Origin: the human T2T-CHM13v2.0 reference genome, Homo sapiens
Direction: 5' to 3' (one strand)
Length of the DNA: 64,000 nucleotides
NCBI RefSeq assembly: GCF_009914755.1
Contig: NC_060931.1
Below, one piece after another: positions 14,705 to 26,719 of the stretch. The notes beneath the pieces are model-generated. The model searched no databases and was not told the origin of the DNA. It saw only the letters and a list, made by a program, of their open reading frames with translations. Made by a program: the position numbers and the translations under genes. Positions within the stretch are counted from its first letter, which is position 1, and each line of letters opens with the position of its first letter.

Positions 14705-14740
14705 CTCTCAGTGGAATGCATCTTCATCCAAGCAATTTTA
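14705..14740 (-). CDS. DOCK4: Candidate in-frame 36-nt cassette exon, phase 2>2: (I)KIAWMKMHSTE(R/S)
   Basis: ttgcattgcag|TAAAATT...GAGAG|gtagga; length divisible by 3, right phase, no stop; acceptor weak with two upstream AGs. Confidence 0.45.
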
Positions 14741-17700
14741 CTGCAATGCAACTGCTACAGGAAAATCCTTGTACAGCTGGTATGACGTTTTGCGTTTTTT
14801 CCTTTCACTTAACATTTGCCCACTCAATACATATTGTACTATCTGTGCACTCACTCAACAGTTTCATTCATTTTGTCACTAATCACAGAGGATTTTCCAT
14901 GTGGTTGTTACAGCAGATTGATGACAAGTACTGAACCACATCTCTCCTCCTACATTTCCCCTAATCCTAAGCACCTTGGAGCACAGGTACTATGTAAACA
15001 CAAAATAATAACAATCATGATAATTACAATCTGTGTCACTTTCACTCCCACCTCTCAGCAAATTAACAGTGTACTTGGCAAAGGCTTTATGATTGAACTT
15101 CCCCCAAAAGATAAAAGCAAGAACATTAAGCATGGCAATATGTGGATACTTCCCTACCCCTTGAAATTTAATGATTGCCATTTCTGTCTAAAATCTTATT
15201 TGTCTTTCATCTTAGTTTCAGGAATAAGAGAGAAAACATTTCTTACAAGTACAGTCTAAGCATATCATATATGTACTTAGTTCAAAAATAAACATTCAAG
15301 AAGAAAGCTGTTTTGTCAAAGCTTTCTCTTGTCTGTGGCTATGTTCTCTCCCAAGTTTTCTCTCCATCATCCCCTACCTCTTTCTCTTGTTATTGGCATT
15401 CTAGTGCCCAGCCTTCTGTCTTGTCTCCTCCTGTGTTTCCTGTGCATCCCTCATCCTGTTTTTCTGGTTTATTCTAAACTGTTTCTTAGGTTAAGAGTGG
15501 AAACTGCATATGGAAGGGATGGAATCTGCCCTGACCAGTCCTGCAAGCGAAGGTCCCCTAGTTTGTTTAAAATGTGTTTTCTTTTAAAAACCTCTGAACA
15601 GCACCTCTTTCAGGCTTAAATTGCAAATTGTATTGAACTCAAATGAAAATCTGCCTGCCAAAAAGCAATGCGGAATGATGTAGAAATTTCCCCGTGACAG
15701 CCTACACCTCATACTTTAGAGGCTGAAAAACAAAGAACTCAAGTTAGGTAATAATTCTAAAAATACATGGAGACTTCTTTTATGGGCATAAGTTTCATTA
15801 ATTTGCACAGACTTCTGATGCAGTAAGAGCTACATAATCCTCTTGTAAGAAGAGGCAAAGTTATGCACAACCTGTTTCCTTGACTAACTCAAGACCAAAT
15901 GTTAGGACTGAGTCTAAAACCCAGATCATCTGTGTGCTCAGCCAGCCTTGTTCCCTCTCTTGGGAATCTTGCCATTTCCCTGTTTACCTGATACAAACTG
16001 AGAAAGAGAGGCTATCATCAAGAAGAGAAGAGTCTTTCTAGGTAACCCGGGTGAGAGTGGGTATTTTCATTTACTCTATAATAATGCCCATGTGCCCACA
16101 TTGAGCTAGGGAACCCTGATAACAGTGAAAGGGGGTTTCTCATTGCTAATTGATAAGGCTGCTCTGTTCTATGCAATAGAAATTCCTAACCCTGGGAAGC
16201 AAGACAAGCCATGGCCCTGCAGGGATGACTCTGCTCACCAGGTTTTCACTCTATGAAAGAAATCTGTGTGTGTGTCGGGGATTTCACCCTCAATCTCCCT
16301 CTCTCGGTATCATAATGGGGTTACGTAGAAGTCATCACTCTAATATATAACACCTGTGTCTGTGCATGCTCTTTTTAATCCAAAGAGTAGAGTTAGAGAT
16401 GTAAGGTATGGTGTCACATAGTGAATTCTCTGTCTCCAAATGGTAATTAAATGTGTGATCACTAAAAATCTTTGAAATAATGTGGAGTCTTATTGAATTA
16501 TTTAGAACTGCATAGGAGAAGGCAGAGCGAAAGACTAAGAAATACCTGAGATGAATGTTACTTCTTCTGGAAAGCCCCTTTAGAGCCCCCAAGACTGTAG
16601 GTAGACCTACTGTATGCTTCCACAGCACAGTCACTGCTGGATCCCCAGCCCTGGGGAGTGCCCAATAGATAAAGCGGAATGAGCGAATCAGGTGGAGCCA
16701 GGGGAAGCAGAATTTAGTTGTGATACTCTATTCTGGATATTGCATGTTGGTGTCTATAATCTAGAATTTCAGTGTTATCAAAATGAATACATCTTTATGA
16801 AATAAGTTTCACAAAGATGTAGTATGCATTAATGAAGATAATGTTTGGGCTTAGGGAAAGATGAGTTGAGTTCTTAGCAAGGAAGGTACTAGACAAATTT
16901 AAAGTCTTACTCCAAGGGGTCCATTTTGGCAAGCACTACAATTTAGGAAGCAGTGAACTACTTACAGCTTTTCAGCTTCAGAACAAATTTTAAGAGGTTT
17001 TAGACATGAATTACACGTAACAAATGAGAATTTGTACCATATAACGGCATGTGTTCCTAATTCATAATGTGTGCAGTGACCCATTGTGATTATACTAATT
17101 CATTGTGATTTCTGTTGCCAAAAAAGCAATTTATTGTTTCCTGAAATAAAGTAATATTTACGCCTTCTTTCTTGTGCTCAGGTAGTAATGACACTTAAGT
17201 ATCACTTTTGATTTGATTTATTCCCAATATGCTGATCGTAAAAGCATGAAAGGAAATTATTTATAGTAGCATTTCTAGTAATATCCTAAAAATCAACAAA
17301 AGTATAAAAATCTCTATTGAATGAATCAGGTACCTTAAAATAGTCCTGATTATAGAGGCTTAATATTTTAATTATTGGTTTGATTCTCATGTCGAGGTAC
17401 ATCTTCTATTTCAAAGTCATATTTATACATGAGCAACTGAAATTGCATATTATCAAGCCTTTATTAAAGTAGATAAGAGGCACTAAAGAACTATGTCAGT
17501 ATTTATTAATCTTGTGAATTTGTTATAAATAATTAATCACAAATCTCAAGAGATTCATTTCACTGAGTGCTTTCTCATTTTGGTTCTTTGTTCAAACCAA
17601 GGACTAGTAACTGAAATGAGAGCAGTTTTCAAAAGCAATTTATTATACTGCATGAGATTTTAATCAGAATTCTTGCTAAACTCCAAGCTGCCATAAAAGA

Positions 17701-18982
17701 CTGAAGCTGTGTACACTAGAATGAATGAGGTCTTGGTGAATAATTATGAAAACCTCTCATTTAATTACCATATCAGAAAAAAATGATACTGTTCAGAATC
17801 CAGTACAAAGAATATATTTTATCACCCACCACTACCACAGGAAATCTCTATACCCTTCTTGGCTTTTCCTTTTAATGTAATTTTCTTAAAAGCTTCAAGA
17901 TAATTTTTAATCAGGCATGCTGAAATCTATCTAACCTATTAGTCACTAATTATATTCTTCAAGCCTATATATTAATGTTTCTACTGTTGTAAATTCATGA
18001 TCATAAAGTTTTGGACCTGGCCATCAATACTAAAGCACTGATATTTAGTTTTAGGTGATACTTGGGCATAAATACAAACACGAATATATTTTGTCATAGA
18101 AAAAAATGTGTTACTGCATTATTTTGCACTTCTGAAAGAACTGCAAACATTTTTCAAGCACAATAAGCAAATTCTTCTTTCAAAAAGAAATACTTTGCAC
18201 ATATGTTAGATTTGAAAATGACTAAGATCCATAGGAAGCTGTAGAGAAAACAAGTGCCAGAAGTGAAATCCCAAAGCACTAAAACATTCTCACTGTATCT
18301 TCTGGCCATTTAAACACAACGCATGAATACTTGGTACAAGCAATTCATCCTGTGGCTATGATCAGATTCTATGGGTAGGGCAACCTTAAAGTCTCTTTAC
18401 AGCATTCCATTATTTCTCTATCTTCCATACAAATCCAAAACACAGAATTTACTAAAAGTGATTTGCTTCTGAGATATTCTAATAAAAAGCATTTAGGAAG
18501 CAATTAATGCTGAGCGAACAATCAGTATTAATTAATTAAATCAGGTGTTGAAGAACAGATGCAAACTAGGTTAATTTTCCAACAGCAAATCAGCATCAGT
18601 ATCTTGCTTTGGAAAGCAGTGCACACAAACATTACAATCACACCCCTTTTCTCCTCTCCCACTTATAACCCCACTTAAAATCATTATCTTGCAGGAATGG
18701 TTTTAAAATTATCAGGCATGAAAAGAGGGAGATTTGTTATGTAACATATGCAACCTGTCCTAATCAGAGATTAAAACAGGAAGACATGCCTAATCATCAA
18801 CATTATAAGATCCATTCGCCAGAGTTAGGCAATTATCCTTTATTTCACACTCCACAAAGACAAAGCCCTCCTGTGAGACCTAAGCTGTCTTTGCAGCTCT
18901 CAGCTACCGTGGTGCAGAGAGGCTCAGTACTGACACCAAATCCCCCAGAATGGAATCAACTTGAGATAAACATATTACTCAC

Positions 18983-19068
18983 ATACTGTTGAAGAGCTCG
19001 CGGTATGTTTCGTCACCTTTGCCTTCTGACATCAGGCTATCCAGTTTGTCAATTAGCTTGGCTTCCAC
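18983..19068 (-). CDS. DOCK4: DOCK4 coding exon, 86 nt, phase 0>2: VEAKLIDKLDSLMSEGKGDETYRELFNS(I)
   Basis: Acceptor ggtatgtttcag|GTG, donor TAT|gtgagt. Confidence 0.96.
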
Positions 19069-20777
19069 CTGAAACATACCCAACTATTATTCTCTTTCCT
19101 CCCCTTCACAAGTAGGATTTCTAGGCAAGTTAAAACGTATTTCTTTGTGCCAAGGAAAAAGCCATGGTAAATTTTGTGAAAGTGACATTATCAGCTACGG
19201 TTAATAGCAGGCAACCCTTTGGAATTCTAAGGGACTAATCTAGATAGAGTTACATGACTTCACACTCCTGGCTGGGTAGCGTTTACTGCTGCCAAAGACA
19301 TCTATCTATTTGTTGATTCAAACACAAATGCTTGCAGCCCAGTTTAAACGTTTGAATTCTTTTTTAGGAGCTAAAAAACTGGCAAGTCCTGTTTCTTTTT
19401 TCTTTTTTTTAAACATCACTATATATAAGGACATCAGGAAACTAACATATCCACATACATTAATTTAAATCTTTGATGTGTTTTATATCTATTTTCTTTC
19501 TCAAAACAGTTTGAGGTTGCACTAAATCTTTGCTGAAGTTGAGAACTTGCCTTACCCACGTACAGATGGTAGATCCATAGCAATAGTCTAAGTCAGCAAT
19601 AAGCAGCAAGAGAGAGAAAGGACATATTTCCTGAAAACTGTAGTCAAAACATTTATATTTTCCAGGATGTAAATCCTTTGGAACTTGAATATCAGGAATG
19701 GAAAAATATCCCTTTATCTATGTCTATCTGAGGCAGAAGAGACAGAAAATGAAAAACTTCTCTATGGCCAGAGAGAGTTAAAACGATTAGGGACTGGGAG
19801 GAATATTTGACTTTGTCAAAAGACTAAGCCCAATTATTATTCCTTTAAACCAAATTTCAATCAAGAGATAAAGACAAGGGGGAAGGAAAGTGGGTTTTTC
19901 TTTCCTAAGTACAATTTTTAAATAGTCTTTCATTCATCTATTAGCTTTCTTGAAAATAAATGTGTATACCGATACAGGTGAAACACCCATGCTTTTGGCA
20001 ATAGGAGGGTTCCATGTCTGCAGTCAGATTGCTTGACTGGTTGACAACCATTCCTGAGATTTGAGGGAGGCTTCTTCTGGAGAAACATGAGGAAGGGTCA
20101 AACCCTGTGGGCACACAGGTTTGTGCCATGACTGTGTGAACAGACAGTAGGCCTACTATCTCCAAATTGAAGGACCTGGCAGAGCAAAAGCAGTGAATTC
20201 CTTCAGAGATCTGGTTTTGTAATAAGCCTGTTTTCCCAAAACTGGAGTATAACTATTAGAACCTATGTCAATGAGAAATGGTAAGCTCATTCCCTTGGAA
20301 TTTCCTCTGTAAGAATTTCCACAGCTTTCTCCTTTAAATTAATTCTCAATGCTTCAAGCAAAGAGCAATAAAACATACTGTAAATCAAATGCTCAAAGCT
20401 AAGCCATTTGCCAAATACAATGTGCAGACCACTGAGAGCTCAATGAGTTTAATCATTAACTCTCTGATTCTTCTGCTCTGTGTCCAACTGGGTGCAAATA
20501 AAGTCTCTGCAAGTTCTTAAATACAGATCTGGGAAATCACAAAATTTTTCAGCTGAAAAGGAATCAAATGGTTTTCAGGGCTTCACTGAAGGCTCAGGAC
20601 AACACAGGATCTGAGAAGTATCCACGGCTGTGTGGCTTGGGAGTGGATAGGCCAGGCTGGAATCTAGGTCTGCTGACCCAGTGTTCATTTCCCAAGTTGG
20701 AGTTGAATCCAGAAGTTCACAGATGCTTCAGGAGAGCTGAAACTCTTCCAACTCTTCTGAGGAGCACTTCTGCCTAC

Positions 20778-20926
20778 CTGTTTAAAGTTGCCACTCCGCC
20801 TCTGCTCCCAGTCCATCATATCATGAAAAATTGGAATCATGACATTCCGAAGATCTGGCTGGGGTATCAAGGTCACTTCTAGGAAGGGGCCAATCAGGGC
20901 AGGGATAAAATGAAGCTTGTGCTCTC
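20778..20926 (-). CDS. DOCK4: DOCK4 coding exon, 149 nt, phase 1>0: (G)EHKLHFIPALIGPFLEVTLIPQPDLRNVMIPIFHDMMDWEQRRSGNFKQ
   Basis: Acceptor ttttctcactttag|GAG, donor CAG|gtaggc; overlaps ORF 20685..20876. Confidence 0.97.
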
Positions 20927-21098
20927 CTAAAGTGAGAAAAATATTTGAGTTTCAATATATTCAATCTTAATATGATTTCAGAAATTAATATCATAAAATT
21001 TGTTTAAAACTATTGCTAGAAATATATTCAATTATAGTCGTCTCCTCAAGCAAGAAAATATAATAACCCATGAGATACAATTAAAAATTATATAAATC

Positions 21099-21428
<330 letters not shown>

Positions 21429-21595
21429 TCATCAGGAATTGGTTATGTACATTATTGTATATGCACACATTAAAATTTTTATGTGATCATTTAACATAAG
21501 GCTGAAGAAAGATAACATAGGTGAAGTTTTTCAATATAATTAAGCAAAAAAGCAAGTGCAATACAGTATGTATAGGAATATTTTTAATTTAAAAA

Positions 21596-21597
<2 letters not shown>

Positions 21598-21626
<29 letters not shown>
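21598..21626. repeat. (CA)n microsatellite
   Basis: Direct reading. Confidence 0.95.
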
Positions 21627-21631
<5 letters not shown>

Positions 21632-21768
21632 CTTAGTCTAGAGTATTATATCCCTAATGTTAACCACAGAGGTTATCTCTGGATGGTGAGATTACGGGTG
21701 ATTTTTTTATATGAAAAAAGGTGGCTAGGTGGTTCTTATCTCTATGATATAATTTTTCTCGAGTGTCT

Positions 21769-22190
21769 GTTTTTTTTGTTTTTTTTTTGACATGGAGTCT
21801 TGCTCTGTCACCCAGGCTGGAGTGCAGTGACACAAACAGCTCACTGCTACCTCTGCCTCCCAGGCTGAAGCACATCTCCTGTCTCAGCCTCCTGGGTAGC
21901 TGGGATTTACAGGCACATGACACCATGGCCAGCTAATTTTTGTATTTTAGTAGAGATGGGGTTTCACCATGTTGGCCAGGCTGGTATCAAACTCCTGACC
22001 TCATGTGATCCGCCCAGCTTGGCCTCCCAAAGTGCTAGGATTACAGGCATGAGCTATCGCGCCCAGCCTGTTTTTTAAAAAATAGAGATGGAGTCTCACA
22101 ACATTGCCTTGAATTCCTGGGCTCAAGCCATCCACCCGCCTCGGCCTCCCAAAGTGCTGGGATTACAAGCATGAGCCACCAGGCTGGGCC
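21769..22190 (-). mobile_element. AluS (21769-22068) abutting a FLAM/left-arm monomer (22071-22190)
   Basis: Three consecutive reverse Alu monomers. Confidence 0.9.
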
Positions 22191-22638
22191 CCTTGTGTTT
22201 TTTCTTAACAGAATAAATACACAACTTACATAAAAATTTAAATAGTGGTCCCCCCAAAAGAATATAAACATTTTCTGAAAAGACTAAAATGTAACAATAG
22301 TGAACCCACAATGGTGTTTTACCAAGTGCTAAAAGGTATGGTATTGATAATTCAGAGGAAAGGAAGGTGGGGAATGGTATGGACACAGATGATTTCATGT
22401 AGCAGGTGAGTTTTAAGTCTATTATGCTGGTGAGTGTTAAGTCTATTACGCTAATCATCTTTGTTAAATCTCATAAGTTTCTAGTTCTATAATATGACTA
22501 TTGCATGCTATGAAAAACACACTCAAGAGCTAACCTTCAGCATCATGGCTGAAAGCACATGCTACTGAGAGCATCCACTTAGAATTTACAAGTTGGGAGG
22601 CTGAGCAGAAAGATAGCTGGCTTCATAAAGGAAGGTAA

Positions 22639-23058
<420 letters not shown>

Positions 23059-24053
23059 TGATGACTGAGATGAGAGCTGGGAAAACATGTGGATGTTTGT
23101 GAATTCACTGTTTTTTGTGATTGGAAGTGCCTTGGGAAACCTCCACTGTCTTTGGAAGGTGGGCCCCCATCTCTGGATAATCGCCTTATTTTCAGTGCTA
23201 TGAGGTGTTGGCAAGAGCATGACCAAGTCAATAGCAAGTTTTTCATATCTTGGCACAGAAAGTAACACTGGCAATAGATGAACACATGAGGAAAGTGGGC
23301 ACACAATGACTTCTGGACAATCAGTGAAGCTGTTGAAACATTAAAAGCTAAACTCATGTATTATATTTTCCTTTAGGCTAAAATATCCAGCATCAAGAAG
23401 AGTTGTTTGATTAATTCTACCCTCAAGTATTCACTCTCTATTATATCCTCAGAGTATGAGCATTTCTGTCATGATAAAACTTTCCTCCCTCTCTCAATGA
23501 CACGGAAGGGTACCTGTTACTGCACACAGCTAAATATTTTAGATTTGAAGGGCCATGTTGCAATGCTGCATATGCTACCAGTGTGAGAGAAGAGAATTTA
23601 GAAAAACTTCCCCACAGTCTATAAGCCAGAGAGGTCATGGTATCTTCTGTCTCTATACATCAACTTTCCTCAACAAGGCATTACAGCAGTCAAAGCAATG
23701 GTTTGAATTTTTAAGTATTGAAATTACTATAAACACAAAGAGAGACAAAGCAGTAGTGCTTACTTCTTTCTTGTACATGTTTTGATAAGGAACAAAGTAT
23801 TCATTTAATTGTTTGGGAAGTTTGGAGAATGTCAAGATCATAAAAATGTACCTTATTGTATATTGTATGTGTTTACTGTATTTCCATTTTATTAACTCAT
23901 TCAGTCATTAATCTATTCATTCAGTGACTCAAGAAATAAGAATGTCTAGTGTATTTTAAACACTGTATTAGGAAAAATACTTGTAAATAGCTAATCACAA
24001 TGGGTATTTGGGCTATTGCTAAGCTATAAATCTAGTATCAAGAAAAAACAAAG

Positions 24054-24204
24054 GGCCTGGTGCAGTGGTTCAACGCCTGCAGTCCCAGCACTTTGGGAGG
24101 CCAAGGCAGGAGAATCGCTTGAGCCCAGGAGTTCAAGACCAGCCTGGGCAACATGGTGCAACCTCATCTGTAAAAAAATACAAAAAGTTAGCCAGGCATG
24201 GTGT
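24054..24204 (+). mobile_element. AluJ left arm, 3'-truncated
   Basis: Left monomer plus linker, right arm breaks off after gccaggcatggtg. Confidence 0.85.
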
Positions 24205-24259
24205 GTCACGCTCAGAAGTTCAGTGTGGCAGGGGTCAGGGTTGGATGAGGGATGTGCTG

Positions 24260-25145
24260 GCAATGAGGGTGGCTTGGTTTGTAAGCTAAGCTGAGTGGAA
24301 GAGGTAGTTGGGTAGTTCAGCTGTCAGTGGTGGTGGCCAATTAGAGCTTTATTTTGTATAAAAATAACTGGGAGAGTGTGGAAGATGGGCTGTAGTGGGG
24401 ACACAGATGCTGGAGGGCCAAGTAGGTTATCCAAGTAAATATGACAAAGATTGGTTCAAAAGCAGCAGCCATGGTAATAGAGAAAAGGGGCAAGAGCATG
24501 AGTGAGAGTAAACACTGCTATTAAATGATATCAAATTTATAGAAACAGGAGCCAACTTAAGATGGAAGGCAAGATCACAACTTCAGTTTGGGGCATGTTT
24601 GAGGTACTTCTAACACTGAATACTCTAGCAGGTGTCAAAGAGCCTGGTCTGGGGCTCGAGACAGAGGCCTGGGCTGGAGATGTACTATTTCAGAACTTTC
24701 AGTGATAAACAGGGTGAATGAAATCACATGGGGGAAACCTGTGGCAAAATATAAGAGGAACAAAAGGAACAGGACAGCCTGGGCACACATGTGCCGGGAC
24801 AAGAGAGGAGCTGACTAAAGAGACATGGTGCAGGGTAGGGAAGGAGAAGTGGGAAAGTGGTGATGGGAAATGATAGAGAAGAGAAGGCTTTCAGAAGCAA
24901 AGAGGGGCAAGGTTGTCAAATGCAGTGACTCCTTAATAACATCTGTTACTTGTAAGCATTCCCTATGGCAGGCACTGCTCTGGGTGCTTTACATGTGTAA
25001 TTTCATTTGCTCCCTACAACAACTCTAGGTGGTAGGAACTATCAACCTCCCACTTACAGAGAAGGCAGCTAAAATCCTGGGAAGTTAGGCAACTTGCCCG
25101 AAGTCACCCAGCTAGCTGGCTCTACAATGAATTCTTAATCACTCT
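24260..25145. mobile_element. Degraded L2 (about 24260-24930) followed by MIR (about 24935-25145)
   Basis: Purine-rich L2-type text; MIR core ggcactgctctgggtgctttacatg...aagttaggcaacttgcccgaagtcacccagct. Confidence 0.65.
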
Positions 25146-25399
25146 CCTAGGAATGGGACTCACTACAGGCCTTTAGATGTGGCAGAAGAGTAATGCAAGT
25201 GAAAACCTGATTACAATGAATTACAAAGTAAAAAGAGAGAGAGACAAGGTGAGCTGGCAAGGATTTCCAATTTCTCCTCTTAAAGTTGTCTGAGAGTAAA
25301 TGCAAGAAAGCCATTTAGGAACTTGAGGGGTGGAAAGGAAGAGGGATTTTTTTTATCTTTCTGATGGGAGAGTGCAATCACATGTGTCATTTGTCCCAT

Positions 25400-25990
25400 A
25401 TTAATCCATCATTCCATGTGGTTGGGATGGGGTTGGGGAGTCCTCACTCTACTGCCCCAGCCTCAAGAGTAGGCATATCACCTGGGCCTTGTCAAATAAC
25501 CAGCTTCAGCTGGGTACAGTGGCACTCCTGGTAGTCCCAGCTACTTGGGAGGCTGAGGCAGGAGGATCACGGAAGCCCAAAATGAAGTACAGCTGAGAAA
25601 CATAAGGACTTCTCTAAACAAACAAACAAACAAACAAACAAAACCCAGCTTCATCCCTGGCCCCAGGGACCGGTTCATGATAGGCACATCACCCAGCAGG
25701 AACAATCTGTGGCTCTGAGCGACATTCTAAAAGGGACTTTGAAAAGAAGAAATAGGCTTGAAGCTGATGGAAGCCATTTTCCCACAGAGTGGAGAAAGCC
25801 TAAGAGTACACAGAGGTTAAAGTCAACACACAGAACAAAGGAGAGCTGGGAAACAACCAGCCCTGATGCGTGTCCTCTTGAAAATGATCATGCCTGAAGC
25901 CAGATCCACCTGTGGGCTTCCTAGCTCCCAGAGACAATGTATTTCTTTAACATGACTTTGGTGTTTTGATCTTCGACTTTGTCACATGTA
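25400..25990 (+). mobile_element. LTR16-like ERVL LTR with an inserted FAM/FLAM monomer (25508-25643, (CAAA)n tail)
   Basis: catgcctgaagccagatccacc...; monomer flanked by repeat ccagcttca. Confidence 0.55.
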
Positions 25991-26719
25991 ATTAGTGGAG
26001 CTCTGCTATAGTAGTTAGAATGTAAGCACCAGTACCCTCTGTCAAAGGCCCTCTGAACAGGGTCCTGCCTACCCTCTGCAGACCAATATGGTGATAAGGA
26101 AGAGATGGGAAGCTCTGTGCCTAAGACCTTCATAAGCCTGAATTCCCTTGGAATTTCCATCCTCCTGGAAAAGGTACCCTTGACAGAGGCCACTGGTTTG
26201 AACTACCTTCTATCTTGAAGATACATAGAGGGCTTTGTATCAACTTCTCAACCACAGTCTGTGATGCTGTCCTAAGGCTGTCTCAGATATCTGCCTCCAC
26301 TAGGAACTGGATCTCCTTGCCCTTGGCCTGTATCTTGAGTGCCCTAGAGGACCAAGGTCCTCATGATCTCTGCTGGCAAGATGTTCACCCCCTCCTTTAG
26401 CTGCACCCTGGGGCATCTGGGAGGTCCCCCATTCTTGGGAATGGGTGCTCCCCAGAGACCTTACACCATCAGAGAGTGTCCCTCTATCACAGGAGGCGGG
26501 CTGATTTTACCTTGGCTTGAGTGTCAGTGTGAGTTCAAGTGCTCAAAGTGCTTTGATTATCTAGCCAGACATACAGCTCCAAACACAACCCTCAGACCTG
26601 TGCCCATCTGAAAGTCCCTTTACATCACCAAAGTCATGCAGTCCTTTCCTCTCTCTCAAGGTTTCAACAAACATAACTTAATTGTTTCTCACTAATACAG
26701 GACACATTGCTAGTTCTCT

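Noticed and set aside
14816-15259. 147-aa plus-strand ORF beside the microexon cluster
   Set aside because: Non-ATG start, no motif, composition typical of chance intronic ORFs
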